Positions 49,106 to 58,386 of a stretch of DNA of 64,000 bases are shown here, in pieces. The translations under genes were made by a program, and so were the position numbers. The DNA is from Thermoplasmatota archaeon (lineage in GTDB: Archaea > Thermoplasmatota > Thermoplasmata > Halarchaeoplasmatales > Halarchaeoplasmataceae): positions 19,585 through 83,584 of the forward strand of contig JAGXLF010000002.1 of the NCBI GenBank assembly GCA_018334835.1, in the 5' to 3' direction. The notes beneath the pieces were generated by a model, which saw nothing but the letters and a program-made list of their open reading frames with translations, was not told the DNA's origin and made no database searches. The stretch's first letter is position 1. Every line of letters starts with the position of its first letter.

Positions 49106-49855
49106 ATGGTAGAGAGATTGAAAGGTAAAAAGGCTCTGATCACTGGAGCTTCAAGAGGCATAGGTAGAGCTATCGCGAAAAAATTTGCTGAGGAGAAAGC
49201 GATCTTGGGCATCAACTATCGATCTAGTGAGAACAAGGCAAATGAAGTTTTAAACGCCGTCAAAAGATCATCTAGAGGTATGTTGTTGAAGGGTGACGTC
49301 AGCAAGAGAAAACATTGTAAACAGATCATAAATGATTTCGTGGAAGAATTCGGAGGTTTAGATATCTTGGTCAACAATGCCGGCATCTACAAGCGTAAAA
49401 ATTTAGAAAAAGCAACGATCGATGACTTCGACCAAACCATGGGCGTGAACGCTAGAGGCCCTTTTATGATGTGTAAATACTCGCTCAAGTACCTGAATGA
49501 ATCGGATTCGGGTAGGATAATAAACATGTCCTCTCAGCTGGCTTTTAGCGGTTCAGATCATGGAACATCCTATGTAGTCAGCAAAGCAGCTCTACTCGGT
49601 CTAACAAGAGCTCTAGCTCTTGAATTAGGTCCAAAAGGAATCACGGTCAATGGTATAGCCCCCGGTACCATTGATACAGATATAATCTCAAGTTATTCGG
49701 ATGAAAAAAGAAGGAAGAGAGCTGAAAATATACCAGTAAAAAGGATAGGACTACCAGGAGATATCGCCGATGCGGCTTTGTTTTTAGCTTCCGAGGAAGG
49801 AAGTTATGTCAACGGTGAAGTCATCGGAGTCAACGGCGGTTCCACTATCCATTGA
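49106..49855 (+). CDS. Short-chain dehydrogenase/reductase (FabG/PhaB-like)
   Basis: TGASRGIG, NNAG, YVVSK. Confidence 0.9.
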   Translation: MVERLKGKKALITGASRGIGRAIAKKFAEEKAILGINYRSSENKANEVLNAVKRSSRGMLLKGDVSKRKHCKQIINDFVEEFGGLDILVNNAGIYKRKNLEKATIDDFDQTMGVNARGPFMMCKYSLKYLNESDSGRIINMSSQLAFSGSDHGTSYVVSKAALLGLTRALALELGPKGITVNGIAPGTIDTDIISSYSDEKRRKRAENIPVKRIGLPGDIADAALFLASEEGSYVNGEVIGVNGGSTIH

Positions 49856-49972
49856 GAAATAATAGCTGAGTTGAAAGAGCCCTTGCTAGTAAAAAAGTGG
49901 GTCTATTTACTATAAATCCTTAAGATATATAAAAGAGTAACATATGTTGTATCTCAGAAGAAAGGTGATAAT

Positions 49973-50743
49973 TTGGTAAAAAAAGCAATTGTCTTGGCAG
50001 CAGGTGAAGGAACTAGGCTCAGCCCTATAACCAAAGCGATCCCTAAAGAGATCATAAGGGTCGGTAAGAACCCAGCTATCGAACATGTTCTAAAGGTCCT
50101 TAAGGCCGGCGGAATAGAGGATGTACTCCTGATCGTGGGTAGAAAAAAGCACGCTCTCATCGATTATCTTGGTTCTGGGGAAAGGCTTGGTTTGAAGATA
50201 TACTACAGGATGCAGGAAGAGCCAAAGGGAACTGCCCATGCCGTCTCGCTTGGTGAAGACTTTATCGATGAAGATGAAGATTTCGCTATAATGTACGGAG
50301 ATAATTACTTCACACCTTACGAAACGATGGAAGATATCGTTGTATTTCACCAGAAAAAAGGTGGAGAAGGAACTCTAGTTCTTCACCCTGTAGACGATCC
50401 GACACGATTCGGAGTCGTTGATATAGATGAAAATGACCAGATACACGGCATGATGGAAAAACCTACTCTAGAAGAAGCTCAACCTTTCAAGGTTGATGAT
50501 CACTGGTTGAACATCGCCGGCCTTATGATCGTAAATTCGAGCATCTTCTCATATATAGATAAAACAGAACCGGGCAAAAAAGGAGAGATATGGTTGACCG
50601 ATTCGATAGAGATGATGAGAAAAGATGGCAGCGAGTTTTACGGTTACAAATTCGACGGTAAAAGATTCGATATAGGTACATTTGAATCTCTTAGGGAAGC
50701 TGATGAGTTAGAAATCGAAAGAAAAGAGGAGAATGATCTATGA
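49973..50743 (+). CDS. Sugar-1-phosphate nucleotidyltransferase
   Basis: 'LAAGEGTRLSPIT..PKE', 'Q..PKGTAHA', 'EKP', 'DIGT'. Confidence 0.9.
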   Translation: MVKKAIVLAAGEGTRLSPITKAIPKEIIRVGKNPAIEHVLKVLKAGGIEDVLLIVGRKKHALIDYLGSGERLGLKIYYRMQEEPKGTAHAVSLGEDFIDEDEDFAIMYGDNYFTPYETMEDIVVFHQKKGGEGTLVLHPVDDPTRFGVVDIDENDQIHGMMEKPTLEEAQPFKVDDHWLNIAGLMIVNSSIFSYIDKTEPGKKGEIWLTDSIEMMRKDGSEFYGYKFDGKRFDIGTFESLREADELEIERKEENDL

Positions 50744-51822
50744 AAAAGATAGGGGTGGTAGTCGGAACCAGACCTGAGATAATCAAGATGAGTCCAGTGA
50801 TCCGTGAACTAGAAAAGAATGACATCAAATATAACATAATACATACAGGGCAACATTATGACGAAGAAGTCTCCGAGATTTTTTTCAGAGAACTAGAGAT
50901 AGAAAGGCCTGATAAATATCTCGATATAGGGTCGGGTTCTCAGGCCGAACAGACTGGAGGAGCGATGATCGAACTTGAAAAGACCTTCAAAGAATTTGGC
51001 ACAGATATATTATTGGTCCAAGGAGACACCAATACAGTTCTAGCTGGAGCGTTAGCCGGTATAAAGATGGGGCTCGAGGTCGGTCACGTAGAAGCAGGTC
51101 TTAGGAGCTATGATTACCGTATGCCGGAAGAGTACAACAGAAGGTTGACCGACCACGCCTCTAATATGCTTTTTGCCCCTACAGAAGAAAACAGGATCAC
51201 TTTAGAGAAAGAGGATGTTTGGGGAGATATATACGTTACAGGAAACACGGTGATCGATGCATGCATACAGAACTTGAAAATAGCTGAGAAGAAAGCAGAA
51301 CTAGACTTCGAATTACCTCATGAGTTTATACTTGTGACCGCCCATCGAGCTGAAAACGTGGACGATAGAGAGGTTGTAAAAAATTTCGTAGAAGTTTTCG
51401 AAGAACTAGATCACCCTGTTGTATATCCGATCCATCCTAGGGCCGAAAAGATGTTCAAAAAATATGATATGCTGGATAGATTAAAAAGAAATGATAAAAT
51501 CTATCTTGTTCCACCTCAGGGTTATCTAGAATTTCTAATACTCATGAAAAGATGTGAGTTCATACTCACTGATTCAGGAGGTATACAGGAAGAAGCGACG
51601 GCACCGAACATCAAGAAAAAGGTTTTCGTTTTGAGAAGGTCTACTGAAAGACCGGAGGCGGTTGAAGCGGGATACTGCACCGTTGTAGGCACAAAAAGTG
51701 ACGATGTCCTTGACCACATCCAGGATTTTGATGAAGAAAAATGGGATCCCGACAGTTGCCCCTACGGAGATGGAAGGGCTTCAGAGAAGATTGTTGATAT
51801 TATCAATAAAATGTCAGAGTAG
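50740..51822 (+). CDS. wecB: UDP-N-acetylglucosamine 2-epimerase (non-hydrolysing)
   Basis: 'GTRPEIIK', 'HTGQHY', 'HVEAGLRS', 'DSGGIQEEA'. Confidence 0.93.
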   Translation: MKKIGVVVGTRPEIIKMSPVIRELEKNDIKYNIIHTGQHYDEEVSEIFFRELEIERPDKYLDIGSGSQAEQTGGAMIELEKTFKEFGTDILLVQGDTNTVLAGALAGIKMGLEVGHVEAGLRSYDYRMPEEYNRRLTDHASNMLFAPTEENRITLEKEDVWGDIYVTGNTVIDACIQNLKIAEKKAELDFELPHEFILVTAHRAENVDDREVVKNFVEVFEELDHPVVYPIHPRAEKMFKKYDMLDRLKRNDKIYLVPPQGYLEFLILMKRCEFILTDSGGIQEEATAPNIKKKVFVLRRSTERPEAVEAGYCTVVGTKSDDVLDHIQDFDEEKWDPDSCPYGDGRASEKIVDIINKMSE

Positions 51823-53217
51823 AGGATTCCAATATAACATCACCACAATAATTAGACCGCTCACACATAAGATAGTCGCTAATACACCTGCTTTTGTCAT
51901 CTCATAGGTTTTGAAATAGCCTGTTTTGTAAGCTAAAGCGTTCGGCGGAGTATTGGCTGGCAACAAAAAGGCTAGGCAGGCCGCCATACCAGCTACTGGA
52001 GCTAAAAGAAGAGGATTTTCATTTAATGTAAAGGCTAAAGATATCGATACAGGAACGAAAGTGCTTGAAGTCGCTGTTAAGCTCGAAAACAGGGTGATGC
52101 TGAAAGCTGTTATGAAAGCTATAGAAGTTACAATCAGCAGAAGATTAGTATCTGCTAGAAAAATCTCCATGTGACTCGTGATCATTTCGATCACACCGGT
52201 TTTCTTCAATCCAGAGCCCAAAGCTAGGCCTCCACCAACCAGCACGAAAACTCCCCATCCGATCTCCTCCGACGCTTCTTTCCAATCTAGAACGCCTATA
52301 CCGGGGAAGATAAACATCATTGAAATCAGAAGAGAAGCAATATATATCCATTCTTCAGGTAGAGGTAAAAAAGCATCTAAAGGATCCAATAACCACATGA
52401 TCACGGCTATCACGAAAAGTATGATCACATGTATCTGATCTCGAGAAAGTTTTCCCATCTCTGATAATTCTTTTTTGATGTCTTCTGTGCCGCCTGGAAT
52501 CCTTTTTACTTCTGGTTTATACACTGTAACCATCAATTTCCATACCAAGGGTATTGCGATCAATATAACAGGGATAGCCCTTATCATCCAGCCTCCAAAA
52601 GAGATATGGATACCCTCCTCCCTCAAAAAACCTAGAGTTATCGGAACAGGTGGTGTTCCTACTGGAGTACCCATGCCTCCAATATTGGCTGTAAAAGCAA
52701 TACCGATCACCATGGCTTTCCCCATGTTGCTCCCTTTTGGATCATCTATCGCTTTTTTTATGATACCGATACCGATGGGTAACATTATCGCAGTTGAAGC
52801 GGTATTTGAAATCCACATGGAAAGAAAAGCCGTTGCTAGCAACACCCCCAATATTAGATTATCAGTTTTTTCTCCCATAAAAGAGATGAAACGAAGTCCT
52901 ATCCTTCTATCAAGGTCGTATTTTTTGAGGGCAGCAGCGATTATAAAACCTGCTAGGAGAAGGGTATTCACCGGGGTCGCTATGTATGCAAGTGCTTTAT
53001 CTAAAGGTTGTATCTTGAATATACCCTGAAGAAGGATTACCAAAAGCGCAGTTACAGAGATAGGAAGTGCTTCTGTGATCCATAGAACTGCAGCGGTAAA
53101 AGCGATAGCGATCATTATTCTTTGATCCATCGTCAAGGGCAAAGGTAATTGGGTGAAAAAAGAAGCAGCGAGAAAGGTGAGAGTTATGATAATCAATTTT
53201 CGGTCTATTTTGATCAT
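51814..53217 (-). CDS. DASS/SLC13 sodium:sulfate or dicarboxylate symporter
   Basis: 'SMWISNTA', 'GGMGTPVGTPP', 'LPANTPPNA'. Confidence 0.9.
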   Translation of the reverse strand: MIKIDRKLIIITLTFLAASFFTQLPLPLTMDQRIMIAIAFTAAVLWITEALPISVTALLVILLQGIFKIQPLDKALAYIATPVNTLLLAGFIIAAALKKYDLDRRIGLRFISFMGEKTDNLILGVLLATAFLSMWISNTASTAIMLPIGIGIIKKAIDDPKGSNMGKAMVIGIAFTANIGGMGTPVGTPPVPITLGFLREEGIHISFGGWMIRAIPVILIAIPLVWKLMVTVYKPEVKRIPGGTEDIKKELSEMGKLSRDQIHVIILFVIAVIMWLLDPLDAFLPLPEEWIYIASLLISMMFIFPGIGVLDWKEASEEIGWGVFVLVGGGLALGSGLKKTGVIEMITSHMEIFLADTNLLLIVTSIAFITAFSITLFSSLTATSSTFVPVSISLAFTLNENPLLLAPVAGMAACLAFLLPANTPPNALAYKTGYFKTYEMTKAGVLATILCVSGLIIVVMLYWNPLL

Positions 53218-53413
53218 TTTTTACTCCAAATTCTTTACTTTTTTAAGTTTGGTTGTACTTGGATTTTAACGAGCGTAAGAAAGAGATGCTTAAAAAATTT
53301 TCTTTTTTTTAGATCCTCAAGACAGGTAAATAATAGAAACGAGTTTCAATTCTTTCCGATTTCCCAAATTATTATTAGGTAAGTAACTTTTGAACATTTG
53401 ATAAAGTGAAAAA

Positions 53414-53791
53414 ATGTTGGACGGATTGTTAGAAAAGAAGTTAGATAGCTTGACAGGGAAAGACATCTTGGTAATCATGGACGATGGCCTAGGATTTCTA
53501 GGGAAACTTGAGGAATACGATAAAAAAACAATAGTTTTGAAAAAAGTACTTCAATCACAATTCGATGATATCGATTGGAAGAAGATCGCCACCGATTCTA
53601 GAGATGTTAGAAAGAAAAAGAATAAAGAAAAGAAGATAGGGTTCGCTAACTGGACCCGAGTAAATCTAGAGGAGGTCTATATAAGAATTGAACATATCAC
53701 GAGGATATGGCCCTGGATTCAAAAGGAAAGGGTGAAAGGAGAAACTGAGGAAGGTAAAAGACCTATCTATTATGAGAAAGAATATCTGTGA
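53414..53791 (+). CDS. Sm/LSm-fold protein with a long loop insertion
   Basis: Sm1-like 'GKDILVIMDDG..FLGKLEEYD...IVL' and Sm2-like 'EVYIRIEHITRI'. Confidence 0.6.
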   Translation: MLDGLLEKKLDSLTGKDILVIMDDGLGFLGKLEEYDKKTIVLKKVLQSQFDDIDWKKIATDSRDVRKKKNKEKKIGFANWTRVNLEEVYIRIEHITRIWPWIQKERVKGETEEGKRPIYYEKEYL

Positions 53792-53876
53792 AGTCTTTTC
53801 CTTTTGACTTCAAATTATCAAACTTTCAAAATAAGCCATAGAGTTAGCAAATATTATAAAATTGATAACTATTCCA

Positions 53877-55040
53877 TTAAATCAATATACTCAATATTTT
53901 TGCGAAGATAACCATGCCCAATAACGCAAATGGATAGGTCGAGCCATAACCAGCTCCAACATCCTCAGTTTCTGTAACTTTTATAGCGGCTCCCAGACCC
54001 GGAGTAGAGGTCATCCCACCAGTGATAGCTCCAGCCGTTACTATCCAATCTAGGTCCCAAAGACCTCTTAAAAGAAGCATGCCGACGGCTATCGTTCCCA
54101 TCCCCACGAATAAAGTTATCAAAACTAGAACGGCTCCGGATTCTATAACTGCCTCTAAAAATCCTGCTCCCCCATCTATCCCAACCACAGCTAAAAATAA
54201 AGCTAAAGTCAAAGATCTTATACCAGACAGAACTTCATGGGACATCCTAGTATTTATTGGACCGATTTTTCCTATATAGCCTACTGCAAGTGCCGCGGGA
54301 AGTATTCCACCTGTTATACCCAGTTTGGTAGTTCCTAGTGGTCCTAAAGGTATCGGTATTTCTCCTAGTATACCTCCTAAAACCAAGGCCAAAACAAACC
54401 CTCCAACACTGAAAGTTACCGCTTCCTTAGTTACTTTCTTACTCTCACCCGATGCCACACCATCGATGCTTTTCTTAAACTTCCGCTTTTCTTCCTCAAG
54501 ATCGATGTTCCTGATCCTAGGCCAAAGTTCTTGAAATACTATGACCATCACCACTCCAAAGGGATAGGCTACTGAGTGTCCTATAGTCACACGTATACCC
54601 ACATCCTCTGTTACTCCTTCGAGCTGTGCTCCCAACCCTGGAGAACTCGTCAACGCTCCAGTGAAGACACCTTCTATATATCTAGGATCGACTACACCTA
54701 TTCCACCAAGCCCTCGGGCACCGATATAAGTCAAAATTGCGGCAACGGTTGCCATTAAAAAACCAACAACGACAAATTTAAAACCATGAGCCTTCACGAC
54801 TCCTCCTATGTCTTTTGCCGCCATAAGACCTACAGACGCCACAAACAGGGCAAGTGATATCACGAAGTAACTACCTGGGACCTTGACTCCGAAGTGCCCG
54901 AGGAGCAAACCTGCAAAAAGAGCTCCGGATATTCCAAATCTAAACCCTTTAATCTCTAACCGCCCAAATAATATACCTACGAGAACTGCAAGAGAGATTA
55001 CGAAAAGATTATTTTCTAACAGTGCTCCCATAAAGTTCAA
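53877..55040 (-). CDS. AspT/YidE/YbjL-family antiporter (no TrkA-C domains)
   Basis: Duplicated 'G..TS(S/T)PGLGA' and 'YPF' motifs. Confidence 0.85.
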   Translation of the reverse strand: MNFMGALLENNLFVISLAVLVGILFGRLEIKGFRFGISGALFAGLLLGHFGVKVPGSYFVISLALFVASVGLMAAKDIGGVVKAHGFKFVVVGFLMATVAAILTYIGARGLGGIGVVDPRYIEGVFTGALTSSPGLGAQLEGVTEDVGIRVTIGHSVAYPFGVVMVIVFQELWPRIRNIDLEEEKRKFKKSIDGVASGESKKVTKEAVTFSVGGFVLALVLGGILGEIPIPLGPLGTTKLGITGGILPAALAVGYIGKIGPINTRMSHEVLSGIRSLTLALFLAVVGIDGGAGFLEAVIESGAVLVLITLFVGMGTIAVGMLLLRGLWDLDWIVTAGAITGGMTSTPGLGAAIKVTETEDVGAGYGSTYPFALLGMVIFAKILSILI

Positions 55041-55282
55041 TTTTCCACCTCGATCAATAAGGCACCTTCAACTCTTCTATCTATCTGAACGTTGTCTCTG
55101 ATGTTTTTATCTTGCTTGGGATCTTCTACACGCACGATTTCAACCAATTGTATACATACCCGTTTAAATATTTTTCTTTTTGATTGAAAACATGTGTTAG
55201 TATAAAAATCTACATTTCAAATAAACCCCCAAATTACTTATATGGGCTCTTTGGATAAAATAACCGAAAGGGAGACTGATGA

Positions 55283-56062
55283 GTGATGAGATTCCAAGAG
55301 ATAGATATCCTATTGGTAGATGACGAACCAGGTTTTTTAGAACAGGCAAAGGGGATACTGGAAGAAATTGACGATCGGTTCGTCATCGAAACCTCAAGTA
55401 CTGTGGAAAATGCCTTAGAACAGATAGAAAATAAAAACTTCGATGCCGTTGTCTCAGATTACCTCATGACCGACAAAAACGGAATCGAATTTCTAAGGAT
55501 ATTGAGAGAAGAAAAAGAAAACATGATACCTTTCATTCTATTCACAGGCAGAGGATGGGAAGAAGTTGCGATGAAAGCCTTAAATATAGGAGCTAACAAA
55601 TACATCTGGAAAAATGAAGAAGTGAGCCTTTACGAAAAAGAAAAGAAGGAGCCTGTAGATCAATATGAAGTATTGGCAAAGGAAATCGTAAAGGAAGTCA
55701 AAAATTATGAAAACAAAAAAGTATTAGAGTTGACACGTCGAACGATAGAAAAATCTAAGGAGGGTATATTCTGGGTTGATCCAAAGGGAGAAATATTGTA
55801 TGTTAACGAGGCTGTCAGAGATATGTTGGGATACAAACAAAAGGAGTTGATCGGAAAGAACATTTCCGAAATAGACCCGGCTTTTTTACAAGAAGACAGA
55901 GAAGAGGCATGGAAAAAACTCAAAGAAGAAGGTTCTAGGACATTCAAATCAAAACATGAGACCAAGGATGGAACGGTCATCCCAGTAGAGATAACAAGTA
56001 ATTATGTAAGAGATGAAGATAAAGAACTCGAATTTGCCTTCGTTAGAAGGATCGATGAATGA
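55283..56062 (+). CDS. Response-regulator receiver plus PAS domain protein
   Basis: 'LLVDDE', 'VSDY.M...NG', 'FTG', 'GA..YI.K'; PAS 'IFWVD..G.I.YVN...LGY...EL.G'. Confidence 0.88.
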   Translation: MMRFQEIDILLVDDEPGFLEQAKGILEEIDDRFVIETSSTVENALEQIENKNFDAVVSDYLMTDKNGIEFLRILREEKENMIPFILFTGRGWEEVAMKALNIGANKYIWKNEEVSLYEKEKKEPVDQYEVLAKEIVKEVKNYENKKVLELTRRTIEKSKEGIFWVDPKGEILYVNEAVRDMLGYKQKELIGKNISEIDPAFLQEDREEAWKKLKEEGSRTFKSKHETKDGTVIPVEITSNYVRDEDKELEFAFVRRIDE

Positions 56063-56319
56063 GGGCGAAAGATCACAGAGGGCAAGGTTTTTCCGCTCAA
56101 ATTTCTTACTTTACAGTTTATCAATCTTTTGAATCCATCTTCTCTCTTAACTCTCCACAGACATGGTTTTCATATCCCTCATCTTATAAATTAAATAAAG
56201 GCCGATTATTAATATTTCTTCTAAATTCGATAAGATGATCAATATGTTATAAATAAAGGAAAACTTTAATTAGAACGGCATGAGATGTGATGAATTGTAA
56301 AACATTCCTGGTGTAATCG

Positions 56320-58380
56320 ATGACTGAAGATTCAGACAAGAGTCCAAAGGGGAATAACTCCTCTACAAAAGAGAGTCCTGATGTCGACGTTGCTCCCTTA
56401 GATGAGTGGATAAAAGGCATAAATATCAATAGTACAGCCGACGTACATGTACCTGAGTTTTTAGCCGACCAAGTGATAGGCCAGGACGAAGCCGTCAGCG
56501 TGGCTAAAAAGGCAGCGAAGCAACATCGCCACGTGATGCTTATAGGCCCTCCGGGTACTGGAAAATCTATGATAGCGAAGGCGATGACCGATTTTTTACC
56601 TAAGCAAGAATTGGAAGACATCTTATGCTTTCCAAACGAAAAGGATGAAAATGAACCTAAAATTCGAACAGTGCCCGCAGGTAAGGGAGAAGAGATAGTC
56701 GAAGCACACAAGAGAGAGGCCAGAAAAAAAGAAAAACAGAAGAACAGGGGAATGTTGATGATACTCGCCTTGATCGTCGGAGCAGCCGTAGTTATATCCA
56801 TCTGGCAGAGCAATTTTATAATCATGTTTTTTGGTATTCTTGCTGCTGCTATGTTGATGATCGCGATGAGAGCTAATCCAAGGGGGTTCGGGCAGGATAG
56901 TGAAGGTCAAACTCCAAAGCTTTTGAAAGGCCAGGACTCTAAAAAAGAAGTACCCTTTGTTGACGCAACCGGCGCACAATCTGGGGCACTTTTGGGAGAC
57001 GTGAAGCACGATCCATTCCAGAGTGGCGGTCTTGAAACCCCTCCTCATCAAAGAGTAGAAGTAGGTGCCATTCATGAAGCTCACAATGGAGTTTTATTCA
57101 TAGACGAGATGCACATGCTTGGTATGGATTCTCAACATAGCTTACTCACCGCAATGCAGGAAGGGAAATTTTCGATAACAGGTCAAAGTGAAAGGAGCAG
57201 CGGAGCCATGGTCCAAACAGAACCCGTACCGACGAATTTTATCCTAGTCGCTGCCGGTAATCTAGATTCGGTCTATGGACAAAGAGATGAAAGAGGAGTC
57301 CAACATGGTGGTATGCATCCCGCTCTGAGATCAAGAATAAGGGGATACGGGTACGAGGTCTATGTTAATGACACGATGGATGACACTGATGAAAATCGTA
57401 GAAAACTGATCCGCTTCATAGCACAGGAAATCGATAAAGACGACAAAAAAATACCCCACTTTACGAAAGATGCTATCAAAGAGATGTTGAGGGAAGCACA
57501 ACGTAGAGCTAACAAGCGAGGAGAGTTAACCCTAAGACTGAGAGAGCTAGGCGGACTGGTAAGAGTTGCTGGAGACCTTGCAGTAGAGCGGGGACACAAG
57601 ATGACCACCGCTGAGGACGTGGTAAACGCAAAATCGACAGCAAGATCACTCGAACAGCAGGTTACGGATAAATTCATCAAAAAACGAAAAGAGTACAGCA
57701 TGTACAGAACTGAAGGTGACATGGTAGGTGTGGTGAACGGTCTCGCCGCGATGGGCGACGAGCAAGAAGGCATGTCTGAGTACTCGGGCATAGTGCTCCC
57801 TATCGCCGCGGAAGTTACTCCTGCGCATTCAAGTGATGAGGGGAAGGTCATCGCTACTGGAAGACTTGGAGAAATCGCAAAAGAAGCTGTTCAAAATGTT
57901 TCTGCATTAATCAAGAAGTACACGGGAGAAAACATATCTAAGTACGACGTGCATATACAATTCATAGGAACTCAACAGGGTGTTGAGGGAGATTCAGCTT
58001 CGATATCGATCGCAACGGCTGTTATATCTGCCCTGGAGGATATCCCGATCGATCAAAATGTAGCAATGACCGGTTCCTTAAGTGTTAGAGGACAAGTGCT
58101 ACCGGTAGGCGGGATCACTTCAAAAATCGAAGCTGCAGCAGAGGTTGGCATGGATAAAGTTTTGATCCCAAAGATGAATGAGAAAGACATAGTGATCGAA
58201 GAGAAATACGAGGATAAAATCGAAATCATTCCCGTAGAAAATCTAGGGGAAGTACTAGAACATGCCTTGATCGGTGAGAAAAAGGAAAAACTGCTTGACA
58301 AACTAGCATCACTTTTGGAGATAAAGACTATCCCATTCCCCACAAGCGAACCTGCACCTAAGACGTCCAACAATTCATGA
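56320..58380 (+). CDS. lonB: Membrane-anchored ATP-dependent protease LonB
   Basis: GPPGTGKS, two TM helices, '[13 protein letters not shown]', catalytic GDSAS and Lys. Confidence 0.96.
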   Translation: MTEDSDKSPKGNNSSTKESPDVDVAPLDEWIKGININSTADVHVPEFLADQVIGQDEAVSVAKKAAKQHRHVMLIGPPGTGKSMIAKAMTDFLPKQELEDILCFPNEKDENEPKIRTVPAGKGEEIVEAHKREARKKEKQKNRGMLMILALIVGAAVVISIWQSNFIIMFFGILAAAMLMIAMRANPRGFGQDSEGQTPKLLKGQDSKKEVPFVDATGAQSGALLGDVKHDPFQSGGLETPPHQRVEVGAIHEAHNGVLFIDEMHMLGMDSQHSLLTAMQEGKFSITGQSERSSGAMVQTEPVPTNFILVAAGNLDSVYGQRDERGVQHGGMHPALRSRIRGYGYEVYVNDTMDDTDENRRKLIRFIAQEIDKDDKKIPHFTKDAIKEMLREAQRRANKRGELTLRLRELGGLVRVAGDLAVERGHKMTTAEDVVNAKSTARSLEQQVTDKFIKKRKEYSMYRTEGDMVGVVNGLAAMGDEQEGMSEYSGIVLPIAAEVTPAHSSDEGKVIATGRLGEIAKEAVQNVSALIKKYTGENISKYDVHIQFIGTQQGVEGDSASISIATAVISALEDIPIDQNVAMTGSLSVRGQVLPVGGITSKIEAAAEVGMDKVLIPKMNEKDIVIEEKYEDKIEIIPVENLGEVLEHALIGEKKEKLLDKLASLLEIKTIPFPTSEPAPKTSNNS

Positions 58381-58386
58381 AAGAAG

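Noticed and set aside
49106-49855. Calling the SDR phaB
   Set aside because: Motifs cannot separate PhaB from other FabG-like SDRs, and it is over 40 kb from the PhaE-like gene
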